Below are positions 28,035 through 41,392 of a DNA stretch of 64,000 nucleotides, piece by piece. Each line of letters opens with the position of its first letter. Positions within the stretch are counted from its first letter, which is position 1. Source of the stretch: Catajapyx aquilonaris (Eukaryota); contig KZ538221.1 in the NCBI GenBank assembly GCA_000934665.2, positions 1-64,000 on the forward strand. Reading direction: 5' to 3'. Below the pieces are notes generated by a model, which made no database searches, was not told the origin of the DNA, and saw only the letters and a program-made list of their open reading frames with translations. A program made the position numbers and the translations under genes.

Positions 28035-29185
28035 CACTCAAAAGGAAGACCCCCCGATATATCGATATTTTCATTCAAATGTTTTCGATAATTCGGTGCA
28101 CCAGTCAAAAGACGATGTGTTTTTGATATCAATTTTTTCGATACTCTGGTGCGTGACCCACTGAAGAAACGACCCAGATATATCGATAAATTTTTGATTC
28201 CAATATTTCAGATATTGATATCAAAAACATATCTTTATTGAATAAAGGTATGTTTTTGATATCAATATTTTCGAAATTCTGGTGTCCCACTCAAAGAAAG
28301 ACCCCGATATATCGACATAGTTTTGATTCCGATGTTCCGGTGCACCATTCAAAGACATTATGTTTGTTGATACAAATACGTATTTTCAATATACCGATGC
28401 ACCACTTAAGGAGCAATCCCGATATATCGATATTTTTATTCAAATATTTTCGATAATTCGGTGCACAATTCAAAGGGAAAGACGATGTTTTTGATATGAA
28501 TATTTGCGATATTCTGGTGCGTGCCCTACTGAAGAAAGGATTACGATATATCGATAAACTTTTGATCCTAATATTTTCGATATTCCGGTGCACCATTCAA
28601 ATAAAGACGACATGTTTTTATATCAATATTTTCAATATACCCATGCACCACTTAAAAGAGAAATCACAATATATCGATATTTTTGATTTCGATATTTGCG
28701 ATATTCCGGTGCATCATTCAAAGAAAGAGGCTGTTTTTGTGTCAATATTTTCGATATTCTTGTGGACCACTTAAAGAAAACCCCCGATATATCTATAGTG
28801 TATTTCAATATTTTCGATGTCCTTGTGTACCACTCAAAGACCAGTACGTCGATATGTGAACGATTTTAAATTCCGATATTTTCAATATTCCGGTGCATCA
28901 CTTAAAGAAAAATTCCGATATTTCGATATATATTGATTCCAATGTTTACGATATTCAGGCGCACCACTTAAAGAAAAATCACGATGTACCGATATGTCCG
29001 CGATTTTTTATTCCGATATTTTCAATATTCTGGTGACCCACTTAAAGTAAACTCGATATATCGATATTTTTAATTGATATTTTCAATACTTCCGATATTT
29101 CGTACACCACTCACAGAAAGGCCCCTACATATCGATATTTCTTATTTTAATCCGATATTATCGATATTCCGATGCATCCCAGCAA
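28035..29185. repeat. Degenerate satellite with ATATCGATATTTT and CCGGTGCACCACTCAAAG motifs
   Basis: Periodic units of roughly 50-70 bp; ends in GATGCATCCC, which resembles a hAT end. Confidence 0.88.
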
Positions 29186-30100
29186 CCCCGCTCTTACAAT
29201 TCCACCAAACTTAATAATCCATGCAAATTCGCCCCCAACAATGACCCAGAATTGGATTTTTTCCCCCCACAAGTGCCTAAACCTTGATGGAAATCAGCCT
29301 AATCAGATTAATGAACAAATATTGATGTAAAAAACCCGATTTTAGCGTCCATTGCGCATTTCCCACACTGTACAATATTCATAATTACTTCGCAATGTGG
29401 GACAAACATGGACCCTTAGGTAGTCTAACATGTGACTCATAGCCTAATTATCCTCCTATTTACATATTATAATGAGATGTCACGCCCTCTTTTTACAAAA
29501 ATCAATGGCCGCACACTCCTGTTGATTATTTTCTAATTACTTGCGTGTCCCCTTGTCGTTCCGGTTCCATATGACTACCCCTGATTACTCACAGGTGATT
29601 CAGAAAGAAAAAAAATTACTCATCACCTATGTAATCAATGGGTGACACCACTTAAGTAGAGCCTATAGTCTCTAACCCGGCTTTAGAAAAAAGGAGGCGT
29701 GGGCTTGCACTATTAATAGTTACACCTTGTTGTTTTCCTTCCTTCCAATTGGATGGCCCATTCTTGTCCCTGTGCCCCTTATTTTGTCGCAACCTGAGGA
29801 CATGGCAACATCCACAGGGTTGGTTTTATAAATAGAACCTTGTTCCCAATAGTAACTTGCAATGTTTTACAGTAAGTATACTCCGGACCAATCGATGGCT
29901 TTCAAAAAAAAAAAAAAAATGTGTCCAGATCGATTGGTGGGTCTAGGTCAGGTTCATAGATATTAATATCTATATGGTCAGGATCAATTTATTCCATTTC
30001 GGTTGATTGGTCGGAATGGGCTCAAAGAGGTGGACAATTGGTGCTTATGTTAGTTTATAGCTTGTCAACTGCGGTCAGTAGTGTGAATTTTCGGAGTCCC

Positions 30101-30235
30101 AAGCCACTTCGGATATAGTAGACTTTTCACGGGGACACGTCGGATGTAGTAGACCAGAGTATTGACGTTAAAAGTCGTTAAAATAACATCAGGCATCATA
30201 ATTATGACACTGGTCTACTATATCCGAAGTGGCTT
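30101..30235. mobile_element. Small MITE-like element with a perfect 23-bp inverted repeat
   Basis: AAGCCACTTCGGATATAGTAGAC (30101-30123) / GTCTACTATATCCGAAGTGGCTT (30213-30235), plus an internal partial copy; no clear TSD. Confidence 0.65.
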
Positions 30236-30679
30236 ATTCACACCACCAGTTCTAAGGGCAGGGGTAGGAACAATTATCTTGGTAATAAGCATAGATTGGG
30301 TGCGGACCAATCAGGGGCAGGACGCCGTGACTGTGGCCAATAGCGGTGAAGATCAGCCAAATACGTTGACACAAAGACGCCATGGGGCAATCACAACCTT
30401 TTCTGAATTACACGTGACTACTGGTAGTCCATAGTAGTTCCAGAAAAGTTCGCAGTAGTTCGAACCATCCAAATTAGTGTGAATAACCACATATTGGTGT
30501 CGTTTACACTGTTAGAATCAAAAGTACACATAACTGACCTGCTTTTTGCAACAGTTTGTATCCTAGATGTGTAGTTAGGGTAAACAAAGGAGCACATGGA
30601 GTGTTTTACAGTGTGTTGGAAGTAATCCAACTTGGAACTGGCATGATCCATGCACGTGTAGGACAGTAGCTTCCAAAAG

Positions 30680-31655
30680 TCGTTGGAACATTTTTCGTCC
30701 GAATATTCACATCCTAATAGTTTCGCCTGGTTATCGGAACGGACTGACCAATTTTCGTCCGAATATGTTTGCTCAAAAAACTCATGGGAACGGACTAACC
30801 AATTTTCGTCCGAATATTTTTTTTCTCAAAAAAATCATGAGAACAGACTGGCCGATTTTCGTGGAATATTTTCGCCGAAAATATCACTGGAAAGGACTGA
30901 CCTACAGTAGCCTATTCTTGTCCGAATATTTCGTCCAAAAAATCATTGGAACGGACTGACCAAATATTGTCCAAATATTTTCGTCTAAAATCTCATCTGA
31001 AGCCAGATTTCCTGATATTCTCTCCCAAAGAATCACCGGAACGGACTGACAAGTATTCCGAATATTCTCGTCCGAATATTTTCGCCCAAAAACCGCGCCA
31101 GAACGGACTGACTAGTATTCCGGATATACCGGTACATTGTCGTCCGTAGATTGTCGTCCGAATATTTTCGGCCAAAAATTAACTCATCTGAACGGACTGA
31201 CAAGTATTTCGGGTATACTCATCCAAATATTCTCTCCCAAAGAATCACCGGAACGGACTGATGAGTATTCTGCATATTCTCGTCCAAATATTTTCGCCCA
31301 AAAACTTCCCGGAACGGCCTAGCCTAACCAATTTTCTTCCGAATATTTTCGGGGAAAAAATCACAGAAACGAATTGAAAAGAATTATTCCGAATATTTTC
31401 GTCCAAAAACTAACTCACTGGGACGGACTGACGAGTATTCCCACGTAGTATTCCCGGTATTCTCGTCCGAAAATTTCAGCCAAATATATCACCAGAACGG
31501 ACTGACCCATTCTCGTCCTAATATTTTTGCCCCCCCCCCCCAAAAAAAAAATCANCCAAAAAAAAATCACCGGAATGTCTTGTCGAGTATTCCAGATATT
31601 TTCGTCAGAATATTCTCGTCAGAATATTTTCGCCCAAAAAAATCACCGAACGATT
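30680..31655. repeat. GAACGGACTGAC..TTTCGTCCGAATATTTT satellite
   Basis: About 15 or more degenerate units. Confidence 0.9.
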
Positions 31656-32423
31656 ATTCCTGAACATGTCTATCCAACCCATGTGAGCAGCCCTACTATC
31701 ACCCCCAAAAAGTTGGCCAATTCTATTCTGCCCCTCATAAATCCCAGGGGCGGCCCCCATCCCCCCTCTCTTTTCCTTTTTCCCTCCGTCGAAATCAATC
31801 GTGGTCCTGGCATCAGGAATCCCTGCGGCAACCGTGAGTCCGCGCCCCGGAATTGAATTGCGAAAAGCTGGTAGGCTCAAGCGAAGAACTGGTATCGATA
31901 TATACCTCGGGCCAAAACCTGCCCACAAATCCGGGCCTGGCATTGCCCTTTGACAACTGAGGTCACGCCAGGAGTTTTTCCGGTCTTTCCAACTGATTCA
32001 TTGGCTGCCTCAAGAAGATCCGGTGATAAATGGACCGTATAGGTAGTACTGTCATCACTGCTGGAGAAATTGAAGTGGGCGGGGCTTTACCAGCAGTTGG
32101 GCGGGGCTTAACAAGCATTTGGGCACATTCGGACGCCTACAAGTCATCATTGCTGCATATTATGACATGGGCTAAATCTAGCCCCAAAATGTCTGCCAAA
32201 AAATTATGAGTGATGCGCCATACTTACGCAACTGATCTAATCGACCCTGATTCACAAAACGTACCTGAAGGTCGCAACCCCTTGGTATTTGTTTGGACCT
32301 GCCCCAAAAACCGCGACCTAAAACGTGCCAGGAAAGATCTGCTGACATAATGGATCCGGGCATTTTCATCATGCCAAAAAATATTAAGTCGCATTTTCGC
32401 CACCCAAAATGGCCGTCAAATTG

Positions 32424-33360
32424 TGCCTGTACCAATATGGCTTCATCGTGCCTGTACCAATATGGCTTCATCATGCCTGTACCAATATGGCTTCATCGTG
32501 CCTGTACCAATATGGCTTCATCATGCCTGTACCAATATGTCTTCATCGTGCCTGTACTAATATGGCAACTTCCGGTGCCACTTCCGGGAAAATATTTTCG
32601 TCCAAAGATGTCGACAAGATGGCATCAGCATACAGGGTGTTTCAACTTTTTTGTCCGAATAGTTATCGTAAAGCTGCTACTTTGTAAGCAGTGACTTGCA
32701 ACCGGTTTGTCGGAAGAATGGGGAATATACCCTGCGAATCTTAGGTTGAAGTGGCATACACTGCTTAGCAGCTTAGTGCAATATTTCCGATAACTGTTCT
32801 GACAAAAAAAGTTGAAACACCCTATAGTGAACATTGCCTGAACATGCCTGTACCAATATGGCTTCTCGTGCCTGCACTAAGATGACAACTTCCGGTCCCA
32901 CTTCCGGCAAAATATTTTCGAGCAAATAATTTCTTCCAAAACATTTTCATGTCGACAAGATGGCGTCAACAAGCAGCAGAACATTTTCTGAACATGCCTG
33001 TACCAATATGGCGCCAACAAGCAGCAGAACATTTTCTGAATATGCCTGTACCAATATGGCCTCATAGCGCCTGTACTAAGCTATGACAACTACCGGTCCC
33101 ACTTCCGGAAAAATATTTTCGTCCAAAGGTGTCGACAAGAGGGCATCATTATAGTGAACATTGCCTGAACTTGCCTGTACCAATATGGCTTCATCGTGCA
33201 TGTACTAAGATGGCAACTTCCGGTCCCACTTCCGGAAAAATAATTTGCCCAATAATTTCGTCCAAAAATATCATCGAACAAACATTTTAGTCCAAAATAT
33301 CATCGAACAAATATTTTCGCCCAAATATTTTTGACAAGATGGCGCCACCATGTAACAGTG
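32424..33360. repeat. 25-bp tandem TGCCTGTACCAATATGGCTTCATCR within larger units containing ACTTCCGG and CAAGATGGC
   Basis: Exact 25-nt period at 32424-32565; larger units recur to about 33350. Confidence 0.9.
32633..32824. mobile_element. MITE, Tc1/mariner-type, TA target duplication
   Basis: TIR CAGGGTGTTTCAACTTTTTTGTC / GACAAAAAAAGTTGAAACACCCT, flanked by TA; an uninterrupted sister repeat unit is visible near 33135-33170. Confidence 0.88.
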
Positions 33361-34159
33361 CCTCTACCAACATGGCGTCCAACCCATGTCGCATTCAAAA
33401 TATCGCTCCCTACATTTTTTCCCAGAATTCCCAAAAAAGCTTGATTCCCTAGGGCACATTCAAGCTTGTTCAACCGGAAGCCAACACATGTGGCTCCATC
33501 TTTTTTTATCTTTTCCCCTTTTTCCGCCATCTTGGAGGTCTGCCGGCGGCATCCTTTTACGTTCCATCAACCTTTGCCGTACCGTGTATCCGCGCTGACA
33601 CCGTAACGTCCGCACGTTTTAATTAACTAATTCGCTATAAACCCCCTGTGACGTCACGTGACAGCCTTAATTGCGCCGCAATTTGCTACTCCCGATTCCG
33701 AAAAATGGGCGGCACATCTGCAAGTTGCGGGTGACTTACATGGGAGTCATATTACGGCTAAAAAAATGCTTCACCTTGATATAGTGCTGATGGTCATGCT
33801 ATACTTCTGACAGAAAACCAAGTCGAAAAAACCGGTCCTAAGAGACCAAAAATCCTCTAAATTGGCGAGTGAACCTTAGCTGACCTCCACTCGTGTCTAA
33901 TTTGTCCCCAAGCCTGCGGACCTGTCATCCTTGTTGACACCGACAGCTGGTTGGACCTCCAAGAGTTTCTTGTGACTGATGCCGCTCCGGGGTTTGGCCG
34001 GCACATGTTGCATCCGTCACAAAAACAGGTACCAAAATTAGCCGAAATTCGAGGGAGTCCGAAGTACCGTTTTTGTACATTCAAGTGGTTTTATCTTGAT
34101 ATGGAGAGGGGGTTTTTGTTACGCAAAAACGGTGGTGAAGTGGCATGGGAATCAGGAGT

Positions 34160-34900
34160 TGAGTGACCTGACGGTACACGTCACGGTACAGTGTCACGGA
34201 CCGTCACGCCCAGTTTTACACTCCCGATGGCAGCAAGGGGTTAACCACTCTACTGTAAATAGTGTCCACAGGAGTATCAAAATTCAAGGAGTACCAAAGA
34301 GTAAGGCACCTAGAAGGAGCACCTGGGAGTACCAAGGAGTACCAAAGAGTAAGGCACCTAGGAGCACATGGGAGTACCACTACAGATGTACACCAGAGTA
34401 CCGAAGTGGTTAACTCCTTGGATGGCAGTCAAATAGGGATCTTGCTGAAGGCATGTCACTCGCCGTCACACCCTGTCACGGTCCGTCCCTCCCGATTTAG
34501 TCGTCGAAAAACACCCTACTGGTCACAAGCAACCCAATCCTACAACCCCATTGGACTAACCGCCCGTGTCACGCACCGTCACACCAGGTCACGATCATCG
34601 AAAACATACTTGTCACAACCAGCCCAATTCCACCACCCTCATTGGACTTACACCCATGTCACGCCATACATTGCCATGTCACGCCCGTCACTCCCGATTT
34701 ATAAGTCGAAAATTGCCATACTTATCACAACCAACCCACTCCTACACCCTTATTGGACAAACCGCTCGTGTCACGCACCGTCACACCATGTCACAGTCCG
34801 TCACGCCGATTCAGCCCCCGAAAAAACAGCCTACTGGTTACAACCAACCTATTCCTACATCCCGATTGGACTATGTCACGCCCCGTCACGGCCAACTCAC
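34160..34900. repeat. GTCACG-motif degenerate array with a GGAGTACCA sub-repeat
   Basis: Recurrent TGTCACG/CCGTCAC; duplicated GGAGTACCAAAGAGTAAGGCACCTAG. Confidence 0.8.
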
Positions 34901-35344
34901 CCGCTCCAACAGCAGCAGCCAGGGTCCATAACACCCAGCACCAGCACCACATGTCTCATCCCACCACATAGACACTACTCACTTTCACCACACATCACAC
35001 ACAACCACACTCTGACTCCTGCCCAATCTGACTGAGTCTGAGTGTGAATCACTCTTTCTAAAGACCCTTCCCACAACAGCTGGTTGTGCACTGCCCTCTA
35101 CCCGCACGGTATGGGTTCAACCATAGGGGGGGAATGAGGGGGTGACCCTTTTTAGAGAGGGGATGACGCCAGGTTTCTTCTAGCTGAACCTATAATAAGA
35201 CCACGGTTCTTTGGAAAGGGACACACCGCAAGAGAGTTGCGGTTTCGCCGAAATTTGATGAGTAGGCCCTGAGTTACGTTAATTGTTGGGGGGTGTGTTT
35301 GACCTGTGAGGTCACTGGTCAAGTAGAATTGTGTACGTCATGGT

Positions 35345-36200
35345 TCAATTAAGGACGAAAAATGGCGCCCATTCAATTCTGGACAAAAAATGGCCATTTT
35401 CGGAAATTTTCGACAGAATTGAACTAGACCAAAAATGGCGCTCATTCAATTCTGGACAAAAAGTGGCCATTTTCGGAAATTTTCGACAGAATTGAACTAG
35501 ACCAAAAATGGCGCTCATTCAATTCTGGAAAAAATGGCCATTTTCGGACATTTTCGCCCGAATTGGACTAGACCAAAAATGGCGCTCATTGAATTCTGGA
35601 CAAAAAAAATGCCGTGTCATGACCCCCATTTTCGCCAGAATTGGACCGGACCAAAAATGGCGCTCATTCAATTCAGGACCAAAAATGGCCATTTTCGGAA
35701 ATTTTCGCCCGAATTGAACTAGACCAAAAATGGCGCTCATTCAATTCTGGACAAAAAAATGCCGTGTCATGACCCCCATTTTCGCCAGAATTGGACCGGA
35801 CCAAAAATGGCGCCCATTCAAATCTGAAGGGAAAAAATTGCAACTTTCGGAAATTTTCGTCCGAATTGGACTAGACCAAAAATGGCGCCCATTCAATTTC
35901 TGGACAAAAAATGGCACGTTATGATTATGACACCATTTTCGGCAATTTATTGGAGCAGACCAAAAATGGCGTGTTATGGTTATGACACCATTTTCGGTAA
36001 TTTAGCAAGGATTGGACATGACCACGGACATGACCAAAAATTTCTGGGGAAAAAATGGCGTGTTATGACCCCCATTTTCTGCAATTTTCGACAAAAATGG
36101 GCCGGACCAAAAATGGCGCCCATTCAATTCTGAACAAAAATATGCCCATTTTCGGAAATTTTCGCCAGAATTGGACAGGACCTAAAATGTGCCATTTTGA
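35345..36200. repeat. GACCAAAAATGGCGCTCATTCAATTCTGG satellite (about 75-bp units, higher-order pairs)
   Basis: Near-identical long units. Confidence 0.93.
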
Positions 36201-36337
36201 GTCCGTGCCAGTCTTTTTGATGCCGACTGTACATCAAGGGGAATCTGCATAATTATGTTATCTATGTACACATAGATAGCTGGTGTATCATATCTGACAA
36301 ACACTGTAGCTACCCGGAGCTCTTAGGTTGAATAGAT

Positions 36338-36410
36338 GCCTCGGTAGCGCAGTAGGCAGCGCGTCAGTCTCATAATCTGAAGGCCGTGAGTTCGAGCCTC
36401 ACCCGGGGCA
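36338..36410 (+). tRNA. tRNA-Met(CAT), elongator
   Basis: 73-nt cloverleaf: acceptor GCCTCGG/CCGGGGC, D stem GCGC/GCGC, anticodon arm TCAGT-CTCATAA-TCTGA, T arm GTGAG-TTCGAGC-CTCAC; T8 Pol III terminator just downstream. Confidence 0.97.
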
Positions 36411-37628
36411 CTACTTTTTTTTAAACAAAATAAATTGTTGCAATGTTGCCATGCGACCTTGTTAGTGCGCAGGGGATTCGGACGCGCCCATCGCAACCTT
36501 GGCACCTTATAGCATGGAAAAACAGCTGGGATTAATCGTGACCTTGTGACCATTTATGTTGCCATATGTGCACACTTATAGCGACATGAGCATTGTCGCA
36601 TGTCAACAATGGTGCATTACAACATGGGAGACTTTGTGAATTAATTTAATTATTATTACAGCACAAACTTATGGCGGTTTAAACGAGCATCGTTCAAGAA
36701 CATGATAATTAGTGTTGTTAAATTTAATGTACATTGTTAACGCACTTATTAAAATAATGTACACTTTATTCACTTTAGCATTAACAATTAGTGTAACCAA
36801 TAGGAAATGATAAAATTAAAAATGATTCTTAACTTTGATATACATTAACGTGATTATTAAAACAATGTAATGTTTAATTCACTTTATTAAAATAATGCAA
36901 ACTTTTATTATCTTTAATAAAATTTAATGCACACTATGTAGCATTAGAAAATTTTAAATGACAATTTAACTGTAAATAAATGTAAAATAATTCAACTCGT
37001 AGCCTATTAATTTAACTCACGTTTTTGTGCATAATTATCTGTAACAAATCATTTTAAATTAAATACAATAATAGACTGCTGTTAACTTTAAGCCACATGT
37101 TGTGACTACCTGTTAACAATGTTAACTGTAAATTTAAACGTAAATTAAATAGGCTAGTAGCCTCGTGTTTTATGCATAATTTTCTCTAAATATAATTTTA
37201 AATTAAATATAATAATTGACTGCTGTTAACCTTAAGACACATTTGGCTGATAACGGGGTATGAATTATTATTATTATTAACCTTAAGACACATGTCTTGA
37301 TCAACTGTAAATTTTAATTGAAATTAATTGGACTTATTTCGTGTTATATGAGTTTCCCATTAAAATGTGCCGTTCATCACAGACATTAATATTGCAATTA
37401 ACTACAAAAAATTTATGTAAACATTTTCTAATGTATGTGTCAGAATAAGTTAAAACTAATTCACATTACAATATTCACACATTATGTACAAAATTGTTTT
37501 AACATGAGTTAATCGTAATTAAATTTAATATATTATTGATTTAGTTTATTGGTTGCTCCAGAAGGGCGTAACAAGTTTTAGAGGCCGACAGGTACATGTA
37601 GCCCTAAAGACGCCTCCCTTGACAGCAA

Positions 37629-37701
37629 GCCTCGGTAGCGCAGTAGGCAGCGCGTCAGTCTCATAATCTGAAGGCCGTGAGTTCGAACCTCACCCGGGGC
37701 A
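37629..37701 (+). tRNA. tRNA-Met(CAT), elongator
   Basis: Same 73-nt body with T-loop TTCGAAC; followed by CCA-A-TTTTT. Confidence 0.97.
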
Positions 37702-38227
37702 CCAATTTTTATACCCATTTTCAACCCAAAAATTCTTTCCACGTGTTCCCCCTCCATTTTTTTGAAGCCGTGAAACTACCCATATGTGAGTCCTAAAAAT
37801 TTTAACAGTCGAGCCCAGACTGGGTTTTAAATTTAGACGACTCTAATGGATCAGACGACACTTTTCGCACCCAATTAACCAGCCGATCGTCACGCGTCTA
37901 ATTTTACGTCTCTTCCACTCCTCTGGCATCTGTCACATGTCGCGTCACGTTTGACACTCGCTGAAATGTAAAAACCGGAAGTCCCACCGGATCCTACACA
38001 AAAAAAAAGTGTAGTCATAACATGTAACCGTAAGTTAAGCCATTTATGTGAACCTCCATAAGTGGATGGTAATTATTTTTTTAAAATATACGACGAGCCA
38101 TGATTGGTTCCGAGGTGATTTATAAATTATGGGTGTTGACAGGGTTGGAAATAGTGGATTGTTGGAGATGTTGCCAGTTTGTTACATGGGTGCCAACATT
38201 CCAGGAAAGAGTAATTACATCCGGGAT

Positions 38228-38560
38228 TGTAATTAACTGACGGTTTATACACACCTTAACCCTTGCAATGTGCAACTTCCATTAGTTTACAGGAGTAATG
38301 GACGCCATTTTGAATCCTGTCATCGTGGTTCTTATATATTTGTTTGTTTGTTCATTTATTTATATATTTACTAGAAGTTAACTTGTTTCCTAAATTTGGT
38401 AATTAACTGACGGTTTATACACACTTTAACCCTTACAATGTGCAACATCCATGTGCTTACAGGCGTAATGGAGGCCATTTTGAATCCTGTCATCATGGTT
38501 ACTATTTATTTATTTACTTACTTATTACTAGAAGTGACTAGAAGTGAACTTGTTTCCAAA
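38228..38560. repeat. Diverged direct duplication, unit about 170 bp
   Basis: TAATTAACTGACGGTTTATACAC...GCCATTTTGAATCCTGTCATC occurs twice. Confidence 0.85.
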
Positions 38561-39344
38561 ATTTGGCAACACTGCCCGGCCCGGACCTCGACTCGGACGT
38601 AGTACGATATGCCATTACCAGATGGCGCATGAGCTCCTCTCTGCACACTACTCTCACTACACGTGGTAATTATGTGGCTCCTATTGAAAGTACATAGTGT
38701 AATGGAAATGCATGCACCTATAGTTGATGAGTCACCGTTAGTAAGGACAGAGTCACGCATAGCCAATTCTTTGAGTTATTTATTAATTATAATTTTTATG
38801 CGTTAATTTGTGTAAGATGGATACAGCATGTATTTACGAAAAATATATTCAGCCACGTGTACTGACATCAAAAAACTGTCAGTCACATTGTTGATATTTC
38901 CAACCATTGTGACGTCAGTACTATTCCGAACTAAATGCATTTTTAATTCGCAAAAAATGGACGATTCTATCTCTGGACTCTAACATGTGTTGTCTATTTT
39001 TTTTTCTAAAACCGACCCAGCAGGTGGCCATTAGCAACAGTGCCAAAATCAGGCAGTGTTGGAAATAAAGTTTCCTCTTGGCATTAATTATTGAGCTCGC
39101 AGCAGTCGACTGCACTTATTGTTGCTTCATTATATTAACTAGAACAGGGAGTGAAATATTTTCAGCTCCAGATTTGGATGAGTTGAGTAATTAACACGCC
39201 AGATGTCACTCACAGGTTGTTACTCAACGTCAGTTAATTTTTTAACTAGCGTAATATGCTATTATGCGAGTTACAAGTTTTGAGTTGCATTACATTCTGA
39301 AAATCGCCACAAGTAAAATGTGACTTAGGATCGGTTCTATGACA

Positions 39345-40102
39345 CTACATAAAATATCTGATTAATCCGGGATTAATCAAAATATCTGATTATACGACCG
39401 ATTCTTAACTACAAAAAACCCTCCAAATCACAGTTAATTATTTTTATATTTACTTTCACCTTTAAAGTCATGTGGCACCAACTTACGTTAAATTTCATTA
39501 ATCTGGGAAAATATCTGGCGATACTACCGATTTTTGACTACACATAATCGCTCAAAGTCGCTGAACCTTTTCTATTCATTATTTTGTTGATTATTTTTAT
39601 CTCTCCTTTCATTTTTAAGGTCATATGACACCAATTCACGTAAATTGTCATTAATTTGACAAAATATCTGGCGATACTACCGATTTTTAACTACAAAAAA
39701 ACACTCAAAATCTCATAACATTATTTTTATCTTTACTTTCATTTTAAGGTCATATGACATCAATGTAAAGTATCATTAATCTAATAAAATATCTGACTAT
39801 ACTGCCGATTCTTAATTATTAAAAATCGCTTCAAATCACTGAACCTTGTCTATTCATTATTTTGTTGATTATTTTTATCTCTCCTTCCATTTTTAAGGTC
39901 ATATGACACCAATTCACGTAAAACGTCATTAATTTGACAAAATATCTGGCGATACTACCGATTTTTAACTACAAAAAATCATTCAAAATCTCAGAACATA
40001 ATTTTGTTAATAATTTTTATCTTTACTTTCATTTTAAGGTCATTTGACACCAATGTAAAATATCATTAATCTAACAAAATATGTGACGATACTACCGATT
40101 CT
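39345..40102. repeat. Tandem degenerate units with AAAATATCTGGCGATACTACCGAT and AAGGTCATATGACACC
   Basis: About 300-bp higher-order duplication. Confidence 0.85.
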
Positions 40103-41287
40103 GCCTCAACTTACTTCACCTTTTCTGACCCGTCTGTTCCCATTGTTAAAAACCTATCTTCGCAACAATTAACCCGCACAATCTGGGTTAGGATGAAACT
40201 CTGTACAAAACTGATATTAGTAAAAGCATTATTTTACTTTAAAAACTTTGTAGATTAGTATCGCAAAAGCTGATATCCTGATATTACATACAGCATATCG
40301 GTTTAAGCCAAAAGCCTCATTACTAACAACCGCTCGTTAACTGACTTTTCAGATCTAATGAGGTGGAAGCACATTGTAGAAACTACCAATCAATTTCTCT
40401 AGGAAACCCTAGAAACAGATGCGTACCCTTCGAGGTTTGCATACACAATGAGCTGGGCCTACTTTAAATACTTCTCAACTAGGGGGGTGGCTGAGAGGTG
40501 GGTCTTGGAGGCGGGGGGGGGGGGGGGAGAGAANGTAGGGCCTATGTCTAAATCCAACCCTTGTTTATGTTTTACTACCGTTTCGAGCAACATCAACAAA
40601 AAAACTGTGGACACACAAAAAAAAAACACACTTTTTAATACCACACTTAAAACGATTCTAGAAAAGCCAAACAGCCATTAGAAAACACAGCTGCTAATGG
40701 TCCTTAATTGCTTTCCCAACATAGCTATGTCCATAAAGGGTGTAAGTCCCAACCCCGCCACACTTTTTTTTTTTTTTTGTGTGTAGAGTGTGTTCATAAT
40801 GCTGTTTTCATGGTGAACTGGTTTTTCGGCCCGGAAACGAAACGAAAAAAATAAAACGAAATAGTGCAGTGGCCGTGTTGAAACGTGATTGCGTCGTGGA
40901 CGGGCTATTTGCATGTTAATCGTATGGCCGCGGACGTTGAAATACGGTTGTTCGTGGAAAAGGGTCGGATGGAGTGGTCAGTCTGGTTGTAATTAATATT
41001 TTACATATGGATCAGGATTAAAACTAGCAGTTTTTGTAGTAGCAACTAGAAGTAGATCTATTGCTTGCTGTATATATTTGGTAATATTTAAACTGAGGTA
41101 TAACTGTTGATTTAAAATTTATTTATTATTTAATTTCTTTAATTTGTTTATTATTAATTTATTTGATTTGTTCATTATTAATTTATCCAATTTGTTTATT
41201 ACTAATTTATTTAATTTGTTCATTATTAATTTATTTAATTTGTTCATTATTAATTTATTTAATTTATTTAATTTGTTTATTATTGAA

Positions 41288-41392
41288 CTAGCAGAGGAGT
41301 CCGATCTTCATACGGCCCATTTCCATGGCAATCCATTGCCATGGTGAAACTTATTGGTTTAACCAACAAACTATGCCTTTTTTATGTGTAGA
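41288..41392 (-). mobile_element. Very short non-autonomous Helitron-like element
   Basis: On -: 5' TC, 3' CTAG, between A and T, weak CCG..CGG hairpin near the 3' end; a higher-GC island in an AT-rich array. Confidence 0.6.

Noticed and set aside
34262..35035. Longest ORF in the track (257 aa)
   Set aside because: It starts at a non-ATG codon, runs through the GTCACG repeat array and has no recognisable domain.
26715..36200. Regularly spaced repeats resembling CRISPR arrays
   Set aside because: Eukaryotic context, degenerate repeats, spacers related to one another, and no cas genes.
36338..36410. Initiator tRNA-Met assignment
   Set aside because: G1-C72 pair and TTCG T-loop identify the elongator type.
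38921..39115. Hydrophobic stretch (CLILALLLMATCW) as a possible Dpr signal-peptide exon
   Set aside because: No in-frame ATG before the hydrophobic core and no good phase-1 donor.
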